Positions 49,337-58,900 of a stretch of 64,000 nt of DNA are shown one piece after another (the first letter of the stretch is position 1; the number at the start of each line of letters is the position of its first letter). Made by a program: the position numbers and the translations under genes. The stretch lies in contig JAUYEE010000291.1 of the NCBI GenBank assembly GCA_030691545.1, positions 147 to 64,146 of the forward strand. Direction: 5' to 3'. Source of the DNA: a bacterium (lineage in GTDB: Bacteria > Auribacterota > JABMQX01). The notes beneath the pieces are model-generated. The model was not told the DNA's origin. It did not search any database and saw nothing but the letters and a program-made list of their open reading frames with translations.

Positions 49337-49426
49337 ATGCCCTGTGGTCGAAAAACAAGAAAAGCCAAGATCAACAAGCACAAAAGAAAAAAACGCCTCA
49401 GAAGGGACAGGCACAAGAAGAAGTAA
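49337..49426 (+). CDS. 29-aa highly basic peptide (MPCGRKTRKAKINKHKRKKRLRRDRHKKK), possibly bS22-like small ribosomal protein
   Basis: ATG has a GGAG RBS 9 nt upstream. The composition resembles the mycobacterial bS22/SCO-type 30-33 aa basic ribosomal peptide. Confidence 0.3.
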   Translation: MPCGRKTRKAKINKHKRKKRLRRDRHKKK

Positions 49427-49451
49427 TCTGTCCCGATAGGGAAATTACGTC

Positions 49452-52415
49452 ATGAAGCGTCTGTACGTATTGCTCGCAGTCGTGTCTTTGACATCGGCGG
49501 GGTGGGTTCTGCCGTCTTTCGCCGTCAGCGACATTGAGCCCCAGGCAATCAGTCCTTCGCAGATCGTGGAGGACGAGCCGAGCCTCGCGGAGGCTCGCCT
49601 CCCTTCCCTTCTCATCAGAGCCAAATACCTATCAAGCTCCGGGGAGATCGAGAAGGCCGAGCAGGCCTATCGCGAGATTATCAAGGAGTTTCCGGAGTCC
49701 GCCTATGCCCACTACCAGTTGGCTTCGCTGCTCCTCGGGGCGGACGAGATAGATGCCCGGATCGAGCATCTCGAGAAGGCCATCGAGTTGGACCCCCAAC
49801 TGAAGGACGCCTACGATTTGCTCGGCCTGGCCTACCGGATCAAGGGCGACAACGACAAGGCCATCGCCATCTACAGGAAGGGCGTCGAGAACGTCAAGGA
49901 CAACCTTTCGTTCTATGCCAACTTAGCCGGCGCCTACGGTGAGTTGAGGCGACCCGAGGAGGCGGAAAAGGTCTTGTTAGAAGCCTGCGAGCGCCATTCC
50001 AGCTCCCCCGACGCATGGTTCAAGCTGGTCGAATTCTACGTCGGCAGCCGCCAGCCGGAGAAAGCGGACCAGGCCATAGAACGGGCTCTGAAAGAGACGA
50101 GAAACAGCCTCACATTTCTCCGGAGCGTCTGGAGCCTCTATCTCCGGTGGGATGAAGAGAAGGCACTCGCCCTTCTCAACAGGATGCTCGAGCTCTATCC
50201 GCAGTCCCCGCAGATGTGGCTTCAGTTGGTCCACTACTACCTCACCCATGGACAAAAGGACAAAGCCACGGAAGCCACTCGGAAAGCCACTGGGCATCTT
50301 CGGTTTGACGAGGACTTCTTCACAAGCCTTGCCATGGTGTACGTCAACGGGGGGGACCTTTTGGGGGCCATCTCCGTTCTCACGGAAGCCACGACGTATC
50401 ATTCGCAGTCGGTGGAGGTCTGGAGAGCCCTTGCTCACCTCTACGCCCAGAAAGGAGACAGACAGAAATCCAGAGAGTGTTACGAACAAATCCTTTCTCT
50501 GGAAGCAGGAAGAGTCCAGGAGAGGGTGCTGCTGGCTCGCTCGTATGTTGCTGACAAAGATTACCAACGGGCGATTGAGGAGTTCCAGAAAGCCATTCAG
50601 CTTCACCCCGGCGACATCAGGCTGAAAGCGGATTTGGCGAACACGTATCTCGCCGCCGGAGACTTCGACAAAGGAGAGAAGGTTTACCTGGACCTCATAA
50701 AACAGCGTCCTGACAACTCCGACATTACCCTTCTCCTCGCCAATTACTATTACAAAGCCGGTCGCACCGAGCAAATGCAAAAGACGATTGAGGGAGCCGT
50801 CCAGTCAGAGACGGACCCCGCCAAGCAGGCAAGGATTTACTCTATCATGGGACAGGCGGCCATCGAGAAAGGTGATATGGCTGCTGCAATTCAGCTTCTC
50901 CAGGAGGCCGCCAAAAGACAGCCCGACGACTCGCTTCATGCCTACGCCCTTGCTCGGGCTTACTTGATCTCGGGAGACAGGGAAAAAGCTGTGGAGCACC
51001 TTTCCGCCGCAATCAAGAAAGCCCCCTCTCCGAACCCCGACTGGCTGCTCACCCTCGGGGAGACGTACAGGGCCCTTGGCAAAAAGGACGAAGCCAACGA
51101 GAGCTTCAGCAACGCCATCGCCGTTCTTCAGCAGCAGTGCGAGAGCCAGCCAAAGAATTGGATGCTGCGGTTCCAGCTCGGTCAGGCCTACGAAAAAGCC
51201 GACAACGACTATCTTGCCTCCGAGGCGTATGCGGAAACTGTGAAGCTCCAGCCGGACAATGGCGACCTTCGCTACAAACTCGCGACCGTTTACAGCGGAC
51301 TGCACCAACACGACAACGCCCGGAAGCAACTTGAGGACGCGATCAAACTGGAATCCCCGAAGGTCGAGTGGTTTCTCCTCCTCGGGGAGGTTTACCGCAC
51401 ACTGACGAAGCGAACCGAGGCGGCTCAGGCGTTTCAGAGAGCTATTGACATGGTTCAAGAAGAGACCAACGAGAATCCGCACGGCTACCGCGTCTGGGCA
51501 GCGCTCGGTGAAGTCTATACACGCAGCCACGAATATGAGCAGGCTGTCGAGGCTCTGCGTAAAGCCGTGGACCTCGCTGGCGAGGAAGCGAATTTCCCCT
51601 TGTACGTTGCGCTGGCGAGGGCGCTCAGCGCTGCTGGCAACATCAAGGCTGCCGACGAGCAGTACCGCAAAGCTGCTGAGGATCTCGAGAGAGTTGCCGC
51701 GGAGCATCCGAACGATTCCGAGACGTATCTGCGTCTCGGGCTGGTTTGCCAGAACATGCGCGATTATGTGAAAGCATCCGAGGCTTTCGCCAAAGGGATC
51801 GAGTTAGCGGGGGGAAATGCCTTGTACACGTCTTACGTTGCCCTCGCGGATTCTCTCGAAAGGAGCGGCGAAAAGGAAGAAGGGCGCGCACAGTACGAAA
51901 AAGCCTATTCCCTGCTTCTTGAGCGAGTGAGCACTCACCCCAAAGACGTCTTCGCTCACTATATGCTCGGCAACGTCTGCGACAGACTCGACAAAGTGGA
52001 CGGGTGCGAGAAGAATTACAAAACCGCAGCCGAGCTTGACCCGTATTTTGCCGCCGCGTACAACAACCTCGCCTACACCTATATTGTTCGGGACATGAAA
52101 GCCGAAGAGGCGATGAAGCTCGTCCAGAAGGCCCTCGAACTGGAGCCGGACAACGGAGCCTACGTGGATACCCTCGCCTGGGGGTACTTCAAGCAGGGCA
52201 AACTGGACGAGGCTCTCACGGAACTCCTTCGCGCCCTGAAGCTGGACAACAGCGACTCTACGATTTACGACCACATCGGAGACGTGTACAAAGCCAAGAC
52301 CATGGTTAAGGAAGCCCTCGAGTACTGGCAGAAGGCTTTGGACATGAATCCGAACGACAACAAAATCAAGCAGAAGATCGAGGAGAACCGGAAGTCCCTT
52401 CCCCCCGCGGAATGA
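49452..52415 (+). CDS. Secreted tetratricopeptide (TPR) repeat protein, ~25 TPR units
   Basis: Signal peptide is present. The 34-residue W-LG-Y-A-F-A-P periodicity runs throughout. Confidence 0.8.
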   Translation: MKRLYVLLAVVSLTSAGWVLPSFAVSDIEPQAISPSQIVEDEPSLAEARLPSLLIRAKYLSSSGEIEKAEQAYREIIKEFPESAYAHYQLASLLLGADEIDARIEHLEKAIELDPQLKDAYDLLGLAYRIKGDNDKAIAIYRKGVENVKDNLSFYANLAGAYGELRRPEEAEKVLLEACERHSSSPDAWFKLVEFYVGSRQPEKADQAIERALKETRNSLTFLRSVWSLYLRWDEEKALALLNRMLELYPQSPQMWLQLVHYYLTHGQKDKATEATRKATGHLRFDEDFFTSLAMVYVNGGDLLGAISVLTEATTYHSQSVEVWRALAHLYAQKGDRQKSRECYEQILSLEAGRVQERVLLARSYVADKDYQRAIEEFQKAIQLHPGDIRLKADLANTYLAAGDFDKGEKVYLDLIKQRPDNSDITLLLANYYYKAGRTEQMQKTIEGAVQSETDPAKQARIYSIMGQAAIEKGDMAAAIQLLQEAAKRQPDDSLHAYALARAYLISGDREKAVEHLSAAIKKAPSPNPDWLLTLGETYRALGKKDEANESFSNAIAVLQQQCESQPKNWMLRFQLGQAYEKADNDYLASEAYAETVKLQPDNGDLRYKLATVYSGLHQHDNARKQLEDAIKLESPKVEWFLLLGEVYRTLTKRTEAAQAFQRAIDMVQEETNENPHGYRVWAALGEVYTRSHEYEQAVEALRKAVDLAGEEANFPLYVALARALSAAGNIKAADEQYRKAAEDLERVAAEHPNDSETYLRLGLVCQNMRDYVKASEAFAKGIELAGGNALYTSYVALADSLERSGEKEEGRAQYEKAYSLLLERVSTHPKDVFAHYMLGNVCDRLDKVDGCEKNYKTAAELDPYFAAAYNNLAYTYIVRDMKAEEAMKLVQKALELEPDNGAYVDTLAWGYFKQGKLDEALTELLRALKLDNSDSTIYDHIGDVYKAKTMVKEALEYWQKALDMNPNDNKIKQKIEENRKSLPPAE

Positions 52416-52527
52416 CATGTTCGCCACCTGAGTACGTTGTTCACCTGAGTTCATGATGAAACCTCTCTCCGCGTCCTCTGCGGTTAAATCCAATCCGCAA
52501 TCGGGACTCGCCAATCCGCAATCGCTC

Positions 52528-54345
52528 ATGTTTGACTACCCGAAACAATACGATGTCATCGTAGCTGGCGGCGGGCATGCCGGGTGCGAGGCGGCTCTAA
52601 CCTGTGCTCGGATGGGCATGTCCACTCTCCTTCTCACCATCAATCTGGACACAATCGCCCAGATGTCCTGCAACCCCGCCATCGGGGGATTGGCCAAGGG
52701 GCATCTCGTCCGGGAGATAGACGCTCTCGGCGGAGAAATGGCGCGGGTCACCGACCGGACAACCATCAACTTTCGCATGCTCAATACACGCAAGGGCCCG
52801 GCAGTTCGGGCGCCCCGCGCGCAATGCGATAAGAAAGCCTATCAGTTCGCCTTCAAGCAAGTCCTTGAAAGACAACCGAACCTCGACGTCAAACAGGCCC
52901 TCGTTACCGGGATTCTGACGGAGAATCAAAGGACAACAGGCGTCACGACGAGCACCGATGTCCGCTACTTCGCAAAAGCCGTGATTCTTTGCGCCGGCAC
53001 CTTCCTGAACGGCGTGATTCACATCGGGCTGGAATCGTTTCCCGCGGGCAGAGCGGGCGAGTTGCCTTCCGTAGAACTTTCGGAGAACCTCCGTTCGCTC
53101 GGTTTCGCGATTGGCAGGCTCAAAACCGGCACGCCGCCGCGGCTCAACGCCCGGACGATTGACTTCTCACGCGTCGTCGAACATCCGCCGGACCCGCAAC
53201 CTGGCCGGTTCTCTCACACCGACGCCGGTGCCCCCCTCGGCAGAATTCCCTGCTACATCACGTACACAAATCAGCGAACCGCGGAAGTCATCCGAAAGAA
53301 CCTCGACCGCTCCCCCCTCTTCAGCGGGAAGATTAAGGGCACGGGTGTTCGCTATTGCCCCTCGATCGAAGACAAGGTCGTCCGCTTCCCCGAAAAGGAA
53401 TCGCACCACATTTTCCTCGAACCGGAGGGACTCAACACCGAGGAAATCTACGTCAACGGCGCCTCGACGAGCCTCCCCTACGACGTGCAGATTGAGATCA
53501 TTCGTTCCATCCGTGGTCTTGAGGACGCCGAGATTATGCGCCCAGGGTACGCCATCGAATACGATTTCGCCTTTCCCACACAAATCAAGGCCACTTTAGA
53601 GACAAAGGCTGTTGAGGGGCTTTACTTCGCCGGGCAAATCAACGGCACTTCCGGCTATGAGGAAGCGGCTGCCCAGGGCTTGATGGCGGGAATCAACGCG
53701 GCTCTGAAGCTACGGGGCGAGCCGCCGTTCTTTCTCGACAGGTCTGAGGCTTATATTGGCGTCCTGGTTGATGACCTCGTTACCAGGGGCACACAGGAGC
53801 CCTACCGCATGTTCACCTCCCGCGCGGAGTACCGGCTTCTCCTTCGGCAAGACAACGCGGACCTCCGCCTCACGCGACACGGATACCGCTTTGGCCTCGT
53901 GCAGGAAGATTTCTTTCGCTCGGTCGAGGAGAAAAGGGCTGCGATTGACTCGGAGCTGAAGCGTCTGCCGACGGTCCATGACGGCGCCAGTTCCCTCTTC
54001 CAGCTCCTCAAGCGACCGGAAATCACCTACGCCGACCTCAAATCTCGGTTCCCCGATAAGGTTCGTTCGCTGCCCGAGGATACCGAGAAACAGATTGAGC
54101 TGGAGGCCAAGTACGACGGGTACATCAACCGCCAGCGACAGCAAATCGAACGATTCCAGAAAATGGAGAGCCAGACGCTCCCCTCCTCCATGGACTACTC
54201 CGCCGTCAAAGGCCTCCGCCGCGAGGCGGTCGAGAAACTCACCCAGGTCCAACCGCGCTCCATCGGGCAGGCCTCTCGCATCTCCGGCGTCTCCCCGGCG
54301 GATGTCTCTGTATTGATAGTCTGGCTGAAAAAGAGTCGCCTCTGA
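52528..54345 (+). CDS. mnmG: tRNA uridine 5-carboxymethylaminomethyl modification enzyme MnmG (GidA)
   Basis: MFDYPKQYDVIVAGGGHAGCEAALTCARMG shows the FAD Rossmann. The MnmG signature blocks are NPAIGG.AKGHLVREIDALGG and GQINGTSGYEEAAAQGL. The ORF-track start at 52453 adds 25 aa not seen in MnmG homologs. Confidence 0.9.
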   Translation: MFDYPKQYDVIVAGGGHAGCEAALTCARMGMSTLLLTINLDTIAQMSCNPAIGGLAKGHLVREIDALGGEMARVTDRTTINFRMLNTRKGPAVRAPRAQCDKKAYQFAFKQVLERQPNLDVKQALVTGILTENQRTTGVTTSTDVRYFAKAVILCAGTFLNGVIHIGLESFPAGRAGELPSVELSENLRSLGFAIGRLKTGTPPRLNARTIDFSRVVEHPPDPQPGRFSHTDAGAPLGRIPCYITYTNQRTAEVIRKNLDRSPLFSGKIKGTGVRYCPSIEDKVVRFPEKESHHIFLEPEGLNTEEIYVNGASTSLPYDVQIEIIRSIRGLEDAEIMRPGYAIEYDFAFPTQIKATLETKAVEGLYFAGQINGTSGYEEAAAQGLMAGINAALKLRGEPPFFLDRSEAYIGVLVDDLVTRGTQEPYRMFTSRAEYRLLLRQDNADLRLTRHGYRFGLVQEDFFRSVEEKRAAIDSELKRLPTVHDGASSLFQLLKRPEITYADLKSRFPDKVRSLPEDTEKQIELEAKYDGYINRQRQQIERFQKMESQTLPSSMDYSAVKGLRREAVEKLTQVQPRSIGQASRISGVSPADVSVLIVWLKKSRL

Positions 54346-54439
54346 ACGCGCACGGTGGCCGCGCGCCTCTCCCAAATGCGCAATCGGAAATTGGAATCCC
54401 CCCTTCGTGCTCTTTGTGTTCTTCGTGGTGAGATTCTTC

Positions 54440-55987
54440 CTACGGATTCTCAAGGAGGCGGTAGAAGCGCTTGGGGGCGAGGAGAGGAGGTAGGCCGGTG
54501 AGGGAGCCGTCGTCGAGCCAGGAGGTGGTTTGATTGCCGGAGGAGGGGAAGTTCTCGATGGCAAGATCCCAATTGAGCAGGTCGTCGGTGTAGAAGATGG
54601 AGTAGGTCTTATTAGCGAGGGAGCTCCAGGTGAAGATGGTTTCATCCGTGCCCGGGACAGGATCGAGCTTGTTGATGTAGAACTCGTAGGCGCCCATGTC
54701 CACAGTGAAGCTCTTTCCGCCGAACATGACTCTGTGCATCCCGACAATGTCAGACTCCGGCAAGTCTGGATCATTAAATCCCGCATCAATGCACGGCGAA
54801 TCCGCCCTCAGCCGAAAATCCCCCTTCTCTTCATCCACAAACCTCGGGTCCTCACTGATATTCCCCTCCCCTCCCCCCGTCCAATCCTGAATGCAGGAAT
54901 ACGCTGGGACGCTCGAGTCGTAAACCTGTACGGCGCCCTTGCGCAGGTTCCCCCAGACGATGCAGTTGCGGATGGTCCCCTCGCAGTACGCCAGGCCGCC
55001 CCCCAGGTAAACTCCGTTGTTGGCACTTACCGTGTTGTTCTCGATGGTGCCCTGGCAAGCGAACAGGCCGGCCCCGTCGCCCGCGCGGTTGCTCGCGATT
55101 ATGTTATTTCGGATAATCCCGCTGCACGAGTGCAGGCCGCCCCCTTCGCCGTCAACACGGTTATTGCAGATAAGATTGCGCTCAATCGTGCCATCGCAGT
55201 AAGCAAGGCCGCCTCCCTGCCCCGGGTAGTAGTAGGGGTCGGGTCCCCCAGACGCCGCATCGACAAAGTTCCCAGCGATGATGTTGTTACGGATCGTCCC
55301 ATCGCAGTCGTACAGGCCCCCTCCGTAGCCCTCTGAGAGGGTACCGTAGCCAGCAAAGTTTCCGATGATGGTGTTGTTCTGGACCAGGCCGTGGCATTGG
55401 GCGATGCCGCCGCCCGCGGACCAATGCTCGTTGCCAGTGATGATGTTGTTTTCGATCGTGGCGTGCGTCCCATGACCCCGAATTCCGGCACCCGCATAAA
55501 TGTGGTTCCTGCTGTCGCCCCCGCGAATGGTGAAACCCCGCAGGACGCACATCTCGGTCTCTGCGCCTGAGAAGGTGACCACAGGCCCAAAGCCGCCAGC
55601 CTCGAGTACCGTGTTTTGCACGACGACAGGATCAGCGGGCTCCGTCGCGCGCAGAAGAATGTTTTCACTACTGAAGCTAATCCTCTCGGGATATACACCC
55701 TCAGCCACGATCACAGTGTCCCCATCGGAGGCAGCGTCAATTCCCTCCTGTATCTTCAGAAGGGCGGTCTCCCAGGACCTGCCGTCCCCCGGTTCTGCCA
55801 GCGAACCGTCCACGTACCATGTCGCCGCGTACGCGGAGGGGAGGAACCCCGTTATAAACGACAAAGCGGAGATGATGGCCCAGCCCGCTCTTGGTTGTCT
55901 GCGCACGGCCGCAGCGCGGTGTTGACTACTGTTCTGAGCAACGAAGTGACGCAATGTAAACGAGCCTGGGCTTGTCTGCACTGTCAT
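54440..55987 (-). CDS. Secreted right-handed beta-helix repeat protein, paralog of 39794..41949, with conserved C-terminal RFYRL module
   Basis: Signal peptide is ALSFITGFLPSAYA. The beta-helix has NNIIxGN coils. The C-terminal module is TWSSLANKTYSIFYTDDL..W...TSWLDDG.LTG.PP...KRFYRLL. The true start is probably downstream of 55987, since the ORF-track start overlaps the adjacent giant gene by 60 nt. Confidence 0.65.
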   Translation of the reverse strand: MTVQTSPGSFTLRHFVAQNSSQHRAAAVRRQPRAGWAIISALSFITGFLPSAYAATWYVDGSLAEPGDGRSWETALLKIQEGIDAASDGDTVIVAEGVYPERISFSSENILLRATEPADPVVVQNTVLEAGGFGPVVTFSGAETEMCVLRGFTIRGGDSRNHIYAGAGIRGHGTHATIENNIITGNEHWSAGGGIAQCHGLVQNNTIIGNFAGYGTLSEGYGGGLYDCDGTIRNNIIAGNFVDAASGGPDPYYYPGQGGGLAYCDGTIERNLICNNRVDGEGGGLHSCSGIIRNNIIASNRAGDGAGLFACQGTIENNTVSANNGVYLGGGLAYCEGTIRNCIVWGNLRKGAVQVYDSSVPAYSCIQDWTGGGEGNISEDPRFVDEEKGDFRLRADSPCIDAGFNDPDLPESDIVGMHRVMFGGKSFTVDMGAYEFYINKLDPVPGTDETIFTWSSLANKTYSIFYTDDLLNWDLAIENFPSSGNQTTSWLDDGSLTGLPPLLAPKRFYRLLENP

Positions 55988-58900
55988 TGGCTTTCACCTC
56001 CACGCCGACCTTCCAGGGCAGGGCGGTCTTGTCGGCGGGAACAGAAAAGGTGCCCCAGACATAGGCGGCCTGACAATCATTTTTGTTTGGAATATCGACT
56101 TCCGTAATGACGTAGTTCTCCCAGCTCACAATCCCGACCTGGTTGGCTGATTGGCCGGTGTAGGCAGCGTAGGGCAGAACGTCTGCGATCCCTACCGGGT
56201 CGCCGTCGGTGTAAGCCAGGAACTCGATCTTGTGGCTCCCCTGGGATAGAATCGTAGTCTGGTAGGCCTGCTTCGGCTGGCCCTGAGGATAAGGGGAGCC
56301 CTCGTACTTGGTGTGGTTTGTGCACTTGATGCTCTGAGCGTCGCTGCGCAAGGATGACTGGAACGTTCTGATCCATGAACCGTTGAGGTTCCATTCGAGA
56401 ACCTTGCAGCCGAGCCAGTCGGTACTGAGGAGAGTGGCGCGGGGCGTAATGTGGCTGCCCCAGCCACTCACATTCTGGGTCGGGAGCGAGCCGAGCGTTC
56501 CCCATTTCCTTACGGTCTCCTCTCCTTCGGGGAGCGAAGGGTCGTACACGATGTAGTAGTGCTCATCCGGATCGAGTTCCCCGAAGGACAGATATAGTTG
56601 GCCAGCGTGGTAGTCAACCCCGTGGGCAATCACATCCAAGTCGTGGGTTCCGTAATCCCTGTAGATCCTCCAGGCCGGGTCATTCTCGAAGGTGCCGTCG
56701 GGGCGGAACTTCTTCAGGAAGTTCTTGTCGTGGCCCGTTCCGGCGTCCACAACCCAGATATTGCCGTCGCCATCGCAGCAAATGCCCTCCAGGTTAACGA
56801 ACTGGTCATGGCCCCTGGAGCCCTCGTCCTCGCCCGTGAACTCCTCGCCCACGGACCAAAGATGCTCGTGGCCTGGCCCTCCCGGCTGGTTTGGGTAGAA
56901 CGCGAATTTCTGAATGCGATGATTCCCTCGGTCGTTCACGTACACCCATTTCGTGTCATCATTCACGTCGCGGACGGCGACGCAGATGGGAAAGTTGAAC
57001 TGGCCGTCATCGGCCCCGTCCGACCCCCACACATAACGGGATTGGAAGTCACCTTCGGCGTTGAAGACCTGAATCCTGTCGTTCGCCTCATCAACAACAT
57101 AGAGCCTGTTCTGGGCGTCGAGTGCCAGCCCCCACGGCCCGTAGAAACACCGATCCGGTCCCTCAAGCTCGGGGTCCGTTTCGTCCACCTCGAACTTCTT
57201 CCCGCCGATGGACGCGCTGATCTCACCCAACTGATTCAGCTTGGTGACCCGCGGGACCCCGAATTCGCTGACCCAGATGTTGTTTTGGCTGTCTTCAACA
57301 GCATAGACCGCGGACTGCATCTGGCCCAGCGGGAAGTTCTCATATTCCCCCATGGCGCTCGTGTTCGGCGTCACCAGCCATTCCTCTTCGGGGTGGCCCG
57401 GGTAGTAGTCGCCGTTGAGTGCCAGGCATCTGATCTCATCGGCCAACAGGACGCGCTTGTAAATGAACACGTCGGCCACGTATCCCTTGAAGTGATTCCC
57501 TTCCTGGCCGCCAACGAGGGTCGCGCCGATCAAGGCGTTGTGGTTAGAGTCGGGGACCAAACTGCCGCTGCCGGACGAACTCGCCACCTCCTCGCCGTCG
57601 TAGTAAAGCCTCAGCGGGTGAGGGGAACTGGCTCCGTCCCAGGTCATGGCAACGTGATGCCATCGCCTCTCGCTAACGGTCTTCAGAAACGGGAAGGGGG
57701 CCGAGGTCGCCTCGGCGGGGGTTGTCCATCTAATGTAGCCGTACAGGCGCGCCGTGCCATTTTGTGTGGATACGTCTGTCAGGCAAAGCCACCTGGAAGC
57801 CTCTCCGTCGTTGGCGCCCTTGAAAAAGATCGTGGGGCTGGCGCCATCCCCCTGCCCTGTAGCATAGACCCATGCAGAGATCGTTCCGCTCCCCATCTGC
57901 CCCATCTGGAGGTCAGGGGCGTTGCCAATATTCACCTTTCTGGTTGATCCATCGAATATCGCGCACTGGTTGTAGTCGTATTTGGCACGGTATGGATCCG
58001 ACCCTGTGTAGCGGTAGTAACCGTAAGTCAGGCTGCTGGCTACCCCATCCTCGTTGCCCATTTCGTCTCTGGCGTGGCCGTCGAAGGAGAAGGCGCGCAG
58101 GCAGCCGTCAGTCATGTTGTTCCAGCGAAGGGCGATGTCGGTCTGGCGGTAGCCCTGGTACAGGATGCCTTCCGGGCCGCCGATGGGGAAATGGTAGCCG
58201 ATGTCCACGGTGTTACCCTTTTCGCCTTCCGGGACGCTGCCGAAATCCGGTCGGCCATCGGAGGCCGTGGTGAAGATGTCCAGGCCGGGTTCGATGGACG
58301 TACGAGAACCCGCGTCAATCAAGGGGCAGTCCTGGTTCAGCCTGTAGCGGGCCGTCCAGTCGGGGGAGGTCGGGGCGGAATACGGAGAGGAGACGAGGTT
58401 GATGGAATTCAGGCCGGGGTCAACAGGCTGACCGGTCGTGCTGTCCCATATTCTGAGGGTGTTGCCATAAAAGGCGTTGTAGCTGTCTAAAAGGTCCCCA
58501 GACGAGCCGGAAAGGTAAATCCCTGTGCTATTATGCGTGAAGAGAGAGTCCTTCACAGTCAGGGCGCTGTATGAGCCTCTCTGGTACTCGATCCCGCGAC
58601 TGTTCCGGTCGAGCGTGCTGTTGTAAAGGGTGTAGTGACCGCGGAGGACGTAACAGCCAACGTCGTTCTCGCAAAAGAGATTGTTGTTGAACTGGTCGTC
58701 GCGCTCGTCGGCGTAAACGCCGAGGGAGCAGAGGGCAAACACGTTGTGGAACAAAGGCGTGCTCAGGGCGCCTGCGAGGTAAAGGCCCGGGTTCCCAAGC
58801 CACTGGAAGATGGTGTAGTTGACTCGGCTCGGCGCACCGAGCAGAAAGATGCGAGGGTTTGTCGCGTCGCCCCGGAAGGGAGATTCGATCTTCATAGACA

